A DNA stretch of 29,948 bases from a virus (lineage: Duplodnaviria; Caudoviricetes). The translations under genes and the position numbers were made by a program. This document shows positions 8,149 through 16,916 of the stretch, piece by piece (position 1 is the first letter of the stretch; the number at the start of each line of letters is the position of its first letter). The notes beneath the pieces are model-generated. The model did no database searches. It worked only from the letters and a program-made list of their open reading frames with translations, and was not told where the DNA came from. The stretch lies in the IMG/VR virus record IMGVR_UViG_3300037499_000048, positions 1-29,948 of that record; one strand, written 5' to 3'.

Positions 8149-8409
8149 CTAGTTGTAGTAGAACGCGACATAGATGGCGACGAAAACACCGATACCGGAC
8201 AGGACCGAGGTCACCGCCCAACGGAAAAGACTGCTGCGGTGGTCCTTCTCCCGCTCGTGCCGCTCGTCGTGCATCTGATGCTCCGAGTCGTGCGACTGCA
8301 AAGACGACTCGACTTCCTTGCTGACCCCTTTGATCTCGGCGAGCAGTTCCTTACGGACCCCTTCGATCAGTCCGTACACCTCGCGGAGTGTGATGTCCCC
8401 GTTAGGCAC
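8149..8409 (-). CDS. Lysis-cassette membrane protein (about 86 aa; coiled coil plus C-terminal TM)
   Basis: Best RBS (GGAGGGG) precedes GTG at 8409; alternative starts at 8454 and 8469. ITLREVY...His-rich...WAVTSVLSGIGVFVAIYVAF. Confidence 0.7.
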   Translation of the reverse strand: MPNGDITLREVYGLIEGVRKELLAEIKGVSKEVESSLQSHDSEHQMHDERHEREKDHRSSLFRWAVTSVLSGIGVFVAIYVAFYYN

Positions 8410-8490
8410 GAGTGCCCCTCCCGTGCTTGGTCTCAACGATGTTTCTTCGGTCATGGCCACACACGTCACTTCGACAACTCGACGGCTCTC

Positions 8491-9036
8491 CTAACGGATG
8501 AATAGAGAAGCGGCGAGGGACAGCAATGCCAGCCCGATCGCCAGCCCCACACCCAGGGCGTATTCTTTGCCGGCGACCCGGCCGCCGGCAGTGCCAGCCT
8601 CGACGGCCCGCGAGTTGGCGCCGGACTTGACATCGTCGATCAAGTCACGGATCGCCTTGATCTCCACGTCAAAGTTCAGCTTCAACGCGTCGAGCTGTTT
8701 CGTCGTCGCGTCCTCGGCCTTGCCGGTGGCCTCCTTCGCCGCGGCCAGCGCAGCGGTCAGTGCCTGGTCCCTGGCCGCGAGCGCCTCCTTCAGCAGCTCC
8801 TTGAGTGCCGCCACCTGGTCGACCAGCGCCCGGTGCTGAGAGTCCCGCAGGCGATCCAAGCCCTCGTGATGCTTGTCGTGCGCTCTCGCCAGCGCCTCGA
8901 TCTCCGAGACATCGGCCCTGCGTTCGGCCTTCGTCAGCTCCCGCAGGTGGTTGATCTCCCGGATGAGCGCCTCAGTCGTGAGAACTGTCGGGTCCGGCCG
9001 CGGAACCGAAGGCCCGAGGTTCATGTCGTCGGCCAT
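8491..9036 (-). CDS. Lysis-cassette coiled-coil protein with C-terminal TM anchor (181 aa)
   Basis: PRPDPTVLTTEAL...AALAAAKEATGKAE.ATTKQLD...YALGVGLAIGLALLSLAASLF; G-rich RBS. Confidence 0.75.
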   Translation of the reverse strand: MADDMNLGPSVPRPDPTVLTTEALIREINHLRELTKAERRADVSEIEALARAHDKHHEGLDRLRDSQHRALVDQVAALKELLKEALAARDQALTAALAAAKEATGKAEDATTKQLDALKLNFDVEIKAIRDLIDDVKSGANSRAVEAGTAGGRVAGKEYALGVGLAIGLALLSLAASLFIR

Positions 9037-9045
9037 CGTCCCCCC

Positions 9046-9258
9046 CTAGAGCCGTTCGTCCACCTGCACCGTCTGCTCGGCCGCCGACCCAGCAGGTGGC
9101 CGGGCTCCCCCCGGGCACGGTTCCCCGTTCACGCGGTGCCGCTTGACCATGCCGGTGGCGAACGCCAGCGGATGCTCCCGCTCGCACACCGTGCACACGC
9201 CGCGGTCAGGTGCCGCGCCGCGGATGGTGCGAAGCGCCCTACGGCGAACGACGGCCAC
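9046..9258 (-). CDS. Small putative Zn-binding protein (70 aa)
   Basis: RGVCTVCER...GMVKRH...EPCPG gives a C2-H-C ligand set. Confidence 0.6.
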   Translation of the reverse strand: MAVVRRRALRTIRGAAPDRGVCTVCEREHPLAFATGMVKRHRVNGEPCPGGARPPAGSAAEQTVQVDERL

Positions 9259-9261
9259 GGC

Positions 9262-10173
9262 TCACGGCGCCGGGTACACCGAGCGGACCTCGGCCAGCGT
9301 CCCCTCGGCCTGCGGGAACCACTGCAACAACTGCGAGGACACCTCGGCGTCCTCGTCGAACGGCACACCCGCGGCCCGCAACTGCGTGAACGCCGCGAAG
9401 TCCGCGACGTGACGCCGCGACGTGCCGGTCAGCAGCCAGATCCGGGTCGGGTCGGTGCCGGCTTGCTTGACAAGGATCATGTCGGTGGCCTTTCGGAGAA
9501 GGTCGAGCGACGGAGGCGGCTCGGGTGCGGGCGGTGGCGGGACGACCACGCCGCCGGAGCCGTAGACGGGATGGTTCACCAGCTGGTAGTCCAGCGCGTT
9601 CTCGAGCCGCGAGTAGCGGAACCCGCCCGGGTCCCAGTGCGTGTTTCCGCTCGTGTGGACGTGGCCGAGAATGCCGCGGTAGGCGTCGAACTGCGGGCCG
9701 GACAGCCGCACGTCGTCGTACCAGGTTTTGCGGCCCTCCCGCCACGTCACGGACGACTGCAGCGGCAGATCCCAGTCGCGATGAATCTGCAGGATCATCG
9801 CCGCGATGTCCCGCATGTGGCTGGCGGTCAGGTCGCCGACCCAGATCCCGCCGCGCTCCACGGCCAGGCGATAGTCGCTGTAGCAGATGATCTCAAGCTG
9901 GAACACGTTGTCGCGGTTCTCCCGCACCAATGTGGACGACGGGTCACGCAGCGCCCGCGACGAGCGGTTGATGCCGAAGTGCTGGCGTATCTGCCGGAAC
10001 TTCGGGTAGTAGGTGGCGTTCGGCGCCGACGCACCCGCGCTGTAACCGGGCCAGCCGCCGGTCTCCGTGGTGTGCAGTAGGAATTTGTCCACCCGCGGGA
10101 ACGTCGTGCCCGAGTAGTTGTCGGCGTACCACTGGGCTGTGATGTTGGCGCCGCGCAGGTAGATGGTCGGCAT
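9262..10173 (-). CDS. Endolysin, N-acetylmuramoyl-L-alanine amidase (amidase_2-like) with C-terminal putative wall-binding domain
   Basis: Zn/catalytic motifs LLHTTE, QLEII and GILGH...NTHWDPG; poly-Pro linker before the C-terminal domain; TGATG coupling with the upstream peptide gene (GTG at 10176 is an alternative start). Confidence 0.88.
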   Translation of the reverse strand: MPTIYLRGANITAQWYADNYSGTTFPRVDKFLLHTTETGGWPGYSAGASAPNATYYPKFRQIRQHFGINRSSRALRDPSSTLVRENRDNVFQLEIICYSDYRLAVERGGIWVGDLTASHMRDIAAMILQIHRDWDLPLQSSVTWREGRKTWYDDVRLSGPQFDAYRGILGHVHTSGNTHWDPGGFRYSRLENALDYQLVNHPVYGSGGVVVPPPPAPEPPPSLDLLRKATDMILVKQAGTDPTRIWLLTGTSRRHVADFAAFTQLRAAGVPFDEDAEVSSQLLQWFPQAEGTLAEVRSVYPAP

Positions 10174-10262
10174 CACTTCGCCTTGGGCTTAGGCTGCGGC
10201 ACTGGTTTACCGTTCTCGGTACGACCAGGATCGGGCCGCGTTGGCACTGGCTTATCGGCCAT
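10173..10262 (-). CDS. Tiny basic Pro-rich peptide (29 aa)
   Basis: GGAGG RBS; MADKPVPTRPDPGRTENGKPVPQPKPKAK*; its stop overlaps the endolysin start. Confidence 0.5.
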   Translation of the reverse strand: MADKPVPTRPDPGRTENGKPVPQPKPKAK

Positions 10263-10263
10263 G

Positions 10264-10386
10264 TCAGTCCTCCGGCACCGTCGGATGCGACTCTTCCTCG
10301 AGCTCGCTGTCGTCGACCGGCTCCTGCGGGCCGTCGGACTCGGCCGGCGGCGGAACGTCGGTGTACGGGTCGTATTCGTTAGGCAT
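10264..10386 (-). CDS. Tiny acidic Pro-rich peptide (40 aa), not in the ORF track
   Basis: GAGGGG RBS; MPNEYDPYTDVPPPAESDGPQEPVDDSELEEESHPTVPED*. Confidence 0.5.
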   Translation of the reverse strand: MPNEYDPYTDVPPPAESDGPQEPVDDSELEEESHPTVPED

Positions 10387-10395
10387 GATTCCCCC

Positions 10396-12072
10396 TCATC
10401 TGCGTCGTTGCGTGAAAGCTCCGAATGCTGCGGTCGACCCGCGAGTCGCAGAACGTGTCCCACCCCGCCCGGACAGCGCCGCCAACGCACGCGCGATCGT
10501 CGGCGAGTACGAGTCCAGCTCCAACGTGGCCGACGCAGACGACGTATCGAAGTCCGTGCCGACGATCTGAAACACCGTCACCCCGTCCCGGTCGGTCACG
10601 TTCAGCGAGTTCGGGTTCGGCGTGATGCCGCGCACCCGGATCAGGTTCCCGGGCCGGATCTCCCACGGATCGACCATCCGACCACGCTCATGGTCATAGA
10701 TGCGCCGGGCGACCGTCAGGGTGCCCGCGTTCGGCGGGGTCGCGTGTTCGGCGAGGAACTGGTCCCCGGCCTGGTCTGCATTGGTCGGCGAGGACACCTC
10801 GTCACCCAGGTCGAGGAACGCATCACGAGTGAACGCGAGCTGAGCAACCGTGGCGGTGCGGCGAGTCGTTTGAATCCAGCCGCGGGAGTCCCGCCACCGT
10901 ACCGTCACCGCGTTGTACAGCCCGTCCGCCGAGCCGGTCGATGAGTAGCCATCGACCACGTCCGCCTCGTAGCGGACCGTCGTCGGCCATGCCTTCCACT
11001 CGAACTTGTACTTACCGGCCGAGTTGCGGGTCGTGGCCTGCCAGAAATAAGCAGGCTCGTACATCATCAGATCGTCCAGCACCTTGGCCGGAGTCACACC
11101 ATCCGGGTACGACAGATGGTCGATGGCATACGTGTTCGTGGCCACCGTCGCATTTGCCCCGTCGAACTCGGTCAGCAGCCGCCCCAGCAGATCCTCCACG
11201 ATCTGATGCGCCAACACCGAATGCGCGGTGTATCCCGAAGCGCCCACCGTGGCGCCGGACTTGTCGAGCCGCTGGCATTGGATGTACAGCCCGCCGACCT
11301 CGGACCAGGTAACGCCGCCAGTGAAATTGTTACCGGCGGCGCCGGTCCATCGGATCTGCATCTCCACCACGTCGTTAGTGACGGCGAAATCGGTCGTCAT
11401 CACCTTCGGCGACGGCGCCGTCTCAGACGTGGAGAATGTCTCGCTGCGCACCACCGCATTCGACGGCTGCACCACCGCTCGCACCAGCAGGCTGGCATGA
11501 GTGCGGCCCTCGATGTGGCGGTAATCGAATCGGGCGAGTTTCAACCCGGCTTGACGCAGCCCCGGATACCGCACCGTGTACGTCCCATTGGTCGGGGTGT
11601 CCACATTGTCGACGAAGCGCATCGTGATGGCATTGATAGTGCTGTCCGGGGTGTACTCGTCGACCTCAGAAGCCGCCCCGTCTCTATTTGTCGTGCTGGC
11701 CAGGCGGCTCGGGAAAAAGTTCGTCAGAATGCGGTCCACGTAGATCAGCGGCACGGTGCGGTCCTGCGCGTGCGCCGACGGGCCGACCGCCGCCAGATTC
11801 CACACCTGACCATCGCTACCAACGCCCCGGCCCGGGTCCTCCAGCCGGCCGCCCGCCATCCACTGAGCGTTGCGTTTGTCGTACACGTCGACGTCGGTGT
11901 AGTAGGCGAGCTCGTCCGCCGACATTGACAGCGGCCGGTCCAGGGAGAACTGCACGGAGGCACACCCACCCGGCGCCACCCAGCGGTATTGCAGCGAACG
12001 CAACTCGGACTCGATGTGCCTGGTAGCCCGGCTGTTCGACAACTGCACTGACAGCGGGATCGGCAGGCTCAC
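10396..12072 (-). CDS. Minor tail protein / baseplate hub (Tal-like, 558 aa)
   Basis: Second gene after the tape measure; GTGA coupling. Hub-like pattern PGGCASVQFSL...GRLE...YNAVTVRW...IRPGNLIRV...ATLELD. Confidence 0.75.
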   Translation of the reverse strand: MSLPIPLSVQLSNSRATRHIESELRSLQYRWVAPGGCASVQFSLDRPLSMSADELAYYTDVDVYDKRNAQWMAGGRLEDPGRGVGSDGQVWNLAAVGPSAHAQDRTVPLIYVDRILTNFFPSRLASTTNRDGAASEVDEYTPDSTINAITMRFVDNVDTPTNGTYTVRYPGLRQAGLKLARFDYRHIEGRTHASLLVRAVVQPSNAVVRSETFSTSETAPSPKVMTTDFAVTNDVVEMQIRWTGAAGNNFTGGVTWSEVGGLYIQCQRLDKSGATVGASGYTAHSVLAHQIVEDLLGRLLTEFDGANATVATNTYAIDHLSYPDGVTPAKVLDDLMMYEPAYFWQATTRNSAGKYKFEWKAWPTTVRYEADVVDGYSSTGSADGLYNAVTVRWRDSRGWIQTTRRTATVAQLAFTRDAFLDLGDEVSSPTNADQAGDQFLAEHATPPNAGTLTVARRIYDHERGRMVDPWEIRPGNLIRVRGITPNPNSLNVTDRDGVTVFQIVGTDFDTSSASATLELDSYSPTIARALAALSGRGGTRSATRGSTAAFGAFTQRRR

Positions 12073-13478
12073 GTCGAAGCCGGCCTAACCGTCAGGTAAA
12101 GCGGGTAGTACGCCACCGACACCGTCGTGGTCGCGGCGATCGCATGCGCCCGCGACTCCGCCACCTCATACAGCATGTAGATCCGGTTCGTCTGCCCCGG
12201 CGTCAACAACGGAAGTCCGCCCGAGCGCGCGGCTGGCGCCTCCACCGACACCACCTCATCCGCCGACGTGCGACCATGCACCGACCAGTCGTAGGCGTCC
12301 AGCCAGCGCCGGTCCGACGCCGACTCCGTCTCGCCCCACTCGATCAGCCCGAACCGGTCATCAGCCGGAACCAGCAGCACGAAATCCAGATCCAGCGACC
12401 CCGAACCCGACGTACGCCCGGCTTCGATCTCGATCCTGAACCTGTCGTCCACCACCAGTTCGGTGCCGCTGCGGAAGTCGTACACCGAATCGAGCCCGTA
12501 CGGAATTGAGATCAGCCCGAGATCGGCCATGGTGATATTCGTCGTGTTCGGCGTGGCAAACGTGTCGTTCGTGATGACATCGTTGCGTGAGCCGTCACCC
12601 CACACCAGACGAAGATTGATCCCATCGCCGCTGGTGTTCTTCCGGTAACGCACAAACACCCGATACGTGCCGCGCAGATCCACCGACGCCGTACCCAGAT
12701 CCGTCAACGTCAACCGGGCCGTCAGCAGAGCGTTCGTCGAGAAGGTGCACCGCGAATAGTTGTTGCCCGCCCCGGAGAAGGCCGCATCGTTCGCCTGTGT
12801 CGTGGTGTCCGGTCCCTGCGTCATCGCCTCGGCCTGGAACACGAACGGTGTCCCCGACGGCGTGCCCCGGCGGCGCACCGCGAACAACGACTGCCGCGTC
12901 TCGGCCACCGCCGACTCCGGCCATCGGATCAGCGCCGGGGACTCCACATCGCCCTTCACCCCGGTCACATCCACGAAACAGCCGTTGCTGCCCGCCGCCG
13001 GGTCCGCGGACACCGTCACAGCCGACACCGGGGTCTCGAGCAGGCCGTAGGCGAAAGGCTCGGCCAGGAACGCCACCGACAGCAGCTTCCGTGTACCGTC
13101 GATCTTCCCCAGGTCTTGCACCTCGTCCGCCGACGTGCGGAACGTGCGGAAGAACACCGGGTTCGTCGTCTCCTGCTGCCACCGCAGGAAGTTGACCGGC
13201 CGGTTCAACTCCCGGTAGAAGTTCTGCAGCTGGGTCGCGGTGGCATCGGCTGACGCCGCGTTCACCGAAAGCATCAGCTGGATGGTCCGCAATCCGTACG
13301 CCGACGCCGGGATCACCGCGCCGTCAGCCAGCAGCGTCGATGCGACAGCCTGATCCAGCGGCGGCGGCGAGAACTGGGTGCCCTCGGTATGCAGCCGCCA
13401 CGTCGTGCGGTCGTTCAGATCCAGCCGCGTGGTGGGGCTCGAGGCGATCGAGTCGACGAACTTCAGGCTCGACGCCAT
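12069..13478 (-). CDS. Minor tail protein / distal tail (Dit-like with inserted domain, 469 aa)
   Basis: Immediately follows the tape measure. RTIQL.L, LAEPFAYG, GDVESPALI and PLLTPGQTN...YYPLY are Dit-like hallmarks; central carbohydrate-binding-like insertion (FQAEAMT...GTYRVFVR...LDLDFVLLVP). Confidence 0.75.
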   Translation of the reverse strand: MASSLKFVDSIASSPTTRLDLNDRTTWRLHTEGTQFSPPPLDQAVASTLLADGAVIPASAYGLRTIQLMLSVNAASADATATQLQNFYRELNRPVNFLRWQQETTNPVFFRTFRTSADEVQDLGKIDGTRKLLSVAFLAEPFAYGLLETPVSAVTVSADPAAGSNGCFVDVTGVKGDVESPALIRWPESAVAETRQSLFAVRRRGTPSGTPFVFQAEAMTQGPDTTTQANDAAFSGAGNNYSRCTFSTNALLTARLTLTDLGTASVDLRGTYRVFVRYRKNTSGDGINLRLVWGDGSRNDVITNDTFATPNTTNITMADLGLISIPYGLDSVYDFRSGTELVVDDRFRIEIEAGRTSGSGSLDLDFVLLVPADDRFGLIEWGETESASDRRWLDAYDWSVHGRTSADEVVSVEAPAARSGGLPLLTPGQTNRIYMLYEVAESRAHAIAATTTVSVAYYPLYLTVRPAST

Positions 13479-15386
13479 CTAGCCGCCCCTCCCATACAGG
13501 TTTGCTTGCCTGGCCGCGTCAACCCGCGGCATGACGATCCCAGCGCGGCGCATCTCGCCGACCAGGTCGCGGGCGAACTGGCGGGAGTCCATGCCGCCGC
13601 CGGTGGCGCCCCCCCGTGATCCCGTTAACGCCTTGGTGTCCTTGTTCGACACGATCACCCCGGCCCGGTCGGGGATGAACAACTCCCGACCCTGCTCACC
13701 GACGATGTACGGATCGCCGGCCTTCACCGGCCCGCCGTGCTGACGGCCTTCCATGATCTGCCGGGTGGTAACGCCGGCCGGCAACTGGGCGTGGGCGGTG
13801 ATGGTGACGGTCTTGGACTTGATCGAATCCAGCCAGGCTTTCGCGTTGATCCACGTGTTCAAGCCCTGCGTCTTCAAGTCCAGAGTCGCCTTGTAGGTGC
13901 CGGCGAAGTCCTCGGCCTCGCCGCGCAGGTCCGCGACTCGGCCACGGATCGTCTCGGCCTGCCCGGCGGTGATCGCACCCTGAGCGACCCACTGGCGTAA
14001 CTTGCCCTCGAACGCGTCGAACGACAGGTCGCCGTTGATCGCCGCAGCCTCGGCCTTGGACACCGCCTGGGCCACCTTGAACGCTGCGGCTTCCACGTCC
14101 GCCTGGGTGGATGTCACATCCGCGAGCGTCTCGTCATAAGCCACGTTCGCGGCGGCTACGTCGTCGATCGCGGCACTAAGCGCGAACACCGGGTCGGTGG
14201 CTCGCTGCAAAGTGTCCAGATAGGCGCCGAGCGTCTCGTTCGCAATCTGGGCCTGTGAGGCTTGTTCACCGAGAGCAGCCGCCATTCCCTCGGCGGACGA
14301 CTTGGCGCCGTCCATCGCCGAGGAGAACGTCTTGGCCGTCACCTCCGCCTGATCCGCCATCACCGTCATCAGTGAGACGTTCTCAACGCCGAACACGTCC
14401 TTGAAGAAATCTTGGATGACGTCATTCGATTTCTCAGCGCTCTCACCGAGCATCTCGAAGAATTCGGCACCGGTGACGTTGAACTCTTTGATCTTCTCAG
14501 TAGCGGACTCAAGCCCAGTCTGCTCGGCGAACTGATCTACCTCATCCAAGGCTTCGATAGCGACGTTGGCGAAATCCTTGAAAGCGTCGGCGCCCTCCTT
14601 GATGGCGGGCACGAAGTCATCGAGCATCTCAGCGCCAAGTCTCGCTAGCGCCGTCTCAGCATTAGCCAGCGAGCCGCGGATGGTGTCACCCATGCTCTGG
14701 GCGGCGCCCTCGATCTTGATGTTGTTCTCGCCGAAGCCCTTAGAGCCCTGCTCCCACAGGTCGAAGAAGCCCTCAGCATCTACGGTGCCCTCAGAGATCA
14801 TCTCCCGCATCTGCGCAGCCGTCACACCAGCAGCATCGGCCAACAACTCGAGCGCGGGCACGCCGCGAGTTTGTAGCTGGTTCAACGTCTCGCCGGTAAG
14901 TCGGCCTTCGCTCTGGATCTTGCCGAAGATGTCTCCGATCTCACCTAGCGGCGCGATCGCGAACGCGGCGGTGTCCGCGGTCATTTCGAGTCGTTGGTTG
15001 ACCTCATCGAGATCGACACCGGCCGCCACGAACTGGGCCATCGTGGACGCGCCATCATCCAGAGAGAACGCCGTGCCAGTGACCGTGTCGGTCAGACCCG
15101 CCATCAACTTCTCGGCCTGCGCTGTCGATAGGCCCATCTGATCAAGCCGTTTACGGGCGTCGTCCAGGTTGGAGAGTCGGCTGAACCCGCCGACCATCAC
15201 CTTGTCCCAGGCTTGCCAGCCCGTCACCACTCCGGCGACGGCACCAGTGATCTTGCCGAATATCGCACTCGAGCCCGAGCCGAGCTTGGATAGGTTCTGC
15301 TCAGTCTTGGCCGACTTGGAGCCGATCTGATCGAAGACCTTGCTCGCCTTATCGCGGGCAATAATGTCGAAGTTGAGCGCAGGCAT
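13479..15386 (-). CDS. Tape measure protein (635 aa)
   Basis: GGAGGTG RBS. N-terminal FDIIARDKAS; tape-measure domain (GTAFSLDD...FGKIQSEGRLTGETLNQLQTRGVPALELLAD); Ala-rich helices; C-terminal GGPV.AG..YIVGEQGRELFIP. Confidence 0.93.
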   Translation of the reverse strand: MPALNFDIIARDKASKVFDQIGSKSAKTEQNLSKLGSGSSAIFGKITGAVAGVVTGWQAWDKVMVGGFSRLSNLDDARKRLDQMGLSTAQAEKLMAGLTDTVTGTAFSLDDGASTMAQFVAAGVDLDEVNQRLEMTADTAAFAIAPLGEIGDIFGKIQSEGRLTGETLNQLQTRGVPALELLADAAGVTAAQMREMISEGTVDAEGFFDLWEQGSKGFGENNIKIEGAAQSMGDTIRGSLANAETALARLGAEMLDDFVPAIKEGADAFKDFANVAIEALDEVDQFAEQTGLESATEKIKEFNVTGAEFFEMLGESAEKSNDVIQDFFKDVFGVENVSLMTVMADQAEVTAKTFSSAMDGAKSSAEGMAAALGEQASQAQIANETLGAYLDTLQRATDPVFALSAAIDDVAAANVAYDETLADVTSTQADVEAAAFKVAQAVSKAEAAAINGDLSFDAFEGKLRQWVAQGAITAGQAETIRGRVADLRGEAEDFAGTYKATLDLKTQGLNTWINAKAWLDSIKSKTVTITAHAQLPAGVTTRQIMEGRQHGGPVKAGDPYIVGEQGRELFIPDRAGVIVSNKDTKALTGSRGGATGGGMDSRQFARDLVGEMRRAGIVMPRVDAARQANLYGRGG

Positions 15387-15415
15387 TGCTCACCTCCGAT
15401 GTGACCTATGACCTA

Positions 15416-15444
15416 TTGGCAACTCGCCGAACCGGGCGTACGTT
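15416..15444 (+). promoter_or_regulatory. Predicted housekeeping-sigma promoter TTGGCA-N17-TACGTT for the antisense membrane gene
   Basis: -35 at 15416-15421, exact 17-bp spacer, -10 (TAnnnT) at 15439-15444. Preceded by a tandem TGACCTA repeat at 15402-15415. Confidence 0.6.
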
Positions 15445-15466
15445 AGAAGCAGAAGAAGGGGATTCG

Positions 15467-15673
15467 ATGGCTCAGCGCCGCACTAATGTGGCCGTGTTCA
15501 GTTTCCTTGGTGTCATCCTGGGGATCGTGCTCGCTGGCGTAGCCGGCTACGGCGCCATCACCGAGGTCGTCCTCGCGATGATTGCCGGGGGACTGTTTGG
15601 GGCGGTCGTCGGCGCTAACTGGACGACGGCACCGGCACCGGATCAGCGCCGCTCCCGCATCACATCCAAGTAG
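15467..15673 (+). CDS. Antisense two-TM membrane protein (68 aa), moron-like
   Basis: AAGGGGA RBS and ATG at 15467; two hydrophobic helices (VAVFSFLGVILGIVLAGVAGY and VVLAMIAGGLFGAVVGANW). The only credible plus-strand gene in the window. Confidence 0.75.
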   Translation: MAQRRTNVAVFSFLGVILGIVLAGVAGYGAITEVVLAMIAGGLFGAVVGANWTTAPAPDQRRSRITSK

Positions 15674-15777
15674 GTCGCCCGCAGCCGTTCGTCCATCGCC
15701 AGCAGATCGTCGAACGGGATGCGCGTCAGGACGCTGAGCTCGACGAGTTCGCGGGTCGTCGATCCCGCTTCGTAGGG
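15643..15777 (-). CDS. Tail assembly chaperone C-terminal extension (gpT-like, reached by -1 frameshift)
   Basis: The -1 frame reads PYEAGSTTRELVELSVLTRIPFDDLLAMDERLRATYLDVMRERR*. It is bounded upstream by a TGA and has no start codon in its first 27 codons. It begins at GAC-CCT-ACG (15772-15779). Confidence 0.7.
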   Translation of the reverse strand, partial: PYEAGSTTRELVELSVLTRIPFDDLLAMDERLRATYLDVMRERR

Positions 15778-16049
15778 TCCTCAGCCGCTCCACCCAGCAC
15801 CGTGATGTCATCGACGCGGTCGAGCCACTTCTCGAACTCTTCCTCGCCGATGATGCCGCCGAGCTTCAAACTGACCCAGGTCAGGTAGTAGAGCCACTCC
15901 TGGCGGCCCCGCGGCTCGCCCTTGACGCGGGGATGGAACGCATCGGCGAAAGCCATCTCAAACTTCCGCTCGAACTCCACCTCGGCCCGGGCGCCGGCCG
16001 TCGTCTCCTGCTCGGAACCGTCCAGATAGACGACCTTGATCTTGTTCAA
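15726..16049 (-). CDS. Tail assembly chaperone (gpG-like, 107 aa)
   Basis: Position before the tape measure; TTGA overlap; VEFERKF...WLYYLTW...FEKWLD.V...EDPT followed by a Ser-rich tail. Confidence 0.8.
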   Translation of the reverse strand: MNKIKVVYLDGSEQETTAGARAEVEFERKFEMAFADAFHPRVKGEPRGRQEWLYYLTWVSLKLGGIIGEEEFEKWLDRVDDITVLGGAAEDPTKRDRRPANSSSSAS

Positions 16050-16507
16050 ATCGACCTCGCCAGCTTGTTAGCAACCCGTTCCAGCACGGTCAGCAGTTCC
16101 TTGCGAACCGCCGGCCCACCAGCCTCCATCGGCTCAGTGAACCAGCCCTTCGGCACGTCCTGGAACACGAACGGGCCCCGGCCGAACACCGGGTGCGCCA
16201 CCCGGCCCCGGTCAATGCGGAACGGGTCGGCCACTGCGTTCGACTTGGCTTCGATGCGAATCCCCGCATGGCCACCGGTGGTGCGCCGCTTGTGCGGCAA
16301 CGACGTACGCGCCACCCGCCGACCCAATCCGCCGCGAGACGGCAGGATCGACCGGGCCGAGTCCTTTGCGGCCTTCTTCAGCGGCTTGGTGGCCTTCGTG
16401 ATCCCCGTCGTCAGCTCCCGCCTCAACGCAGGCCCGCCGTGCTTACGCAGGGCGCGAGACAAGGCGATGAAGTCCTCGGTGTCGACGACCCGGATCTCAA
16501 CGACCAC
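16046..16507 (-). CDS. HK97 gp10-like tail completion/neck protein (153 aa)
   Basis: GTG at 16507 overlapping the tail-tube stop (TAGTG); basic protein; GRVAHPVFG...QDVPKGWFTEPM...VRKEL pattern. Confidence 0.65.
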   Translation of the reverse strand: MVVEIRVVDTEDFIALSRALRKHGGPALRRELTTGITKATKPLKKAAKDSARSILPSRGGLGRRVARTSLPHKRRTTGGHAGIRIEAKSNAVADPFRIDRGRVAHPVFGRGPFVFQDVPKGWFTEPMEAGGPAVRKELLTVLERVANKLARSI

Positions 16508-16908
16508 TATCCGACCTTCTGGAACGGCGTCGCTGCATTCCAGGAGCACGCGCCCTCGATCGGTCCATCTACAGCCTGGGAGACCGCGAAGTCCAGGAAC
16601 GCAGTACCGAACCAGTACTGGTTCGGGCTGTTGAATCGGTCTGGGTAGAAGTAGAACTTGCGCGCCACGCCGTCCACCGCAGCCGTGTAGGTCTGAACGG
16701 TAGCGTCGTCATACCAGAAGTCGAAGTTGCCGGACTGGTCCGGCAGGCCCGCAACATAGACCTTCGAGGTATCACCGAAGGCGGTGACATCCGTCTTGTC
16801 GGTCGTGGCGTTCAACGCATTCGACTTGACAAACGCGCCGGGCTCCGCCGTACCGCCGCTTGTCAAGTTCCAGTAGACTGCACCGTTTCTTCCGTGCCGC
16901 CTGGCCAT
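16507..16908 (-). CDS. Major tail (tube) protein (133 aa)
   Basis: AGGAG RBS. HGRNGAVY...DKTDVTAFGD..KVYVAGLPD.SG.F.F.YD...FYP...Y.GTA is a siphovirus tail-tube signature. Confidence 0.85.
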   Translation of the reverse strand: MARRHGRNGAVYWNLTSGGTAEPGAFVKSNALNATTDKTDVTAFGDTSKVYVAGLPDQSGNFDFWYDDATVQTYTAAVDGVARKFYFYPDRFNSPNQYWFGTAFLDFAVSQAVDGPIEGACSWNAATPFQKVG

Positions 16909-16916
16909 TTGATCTC

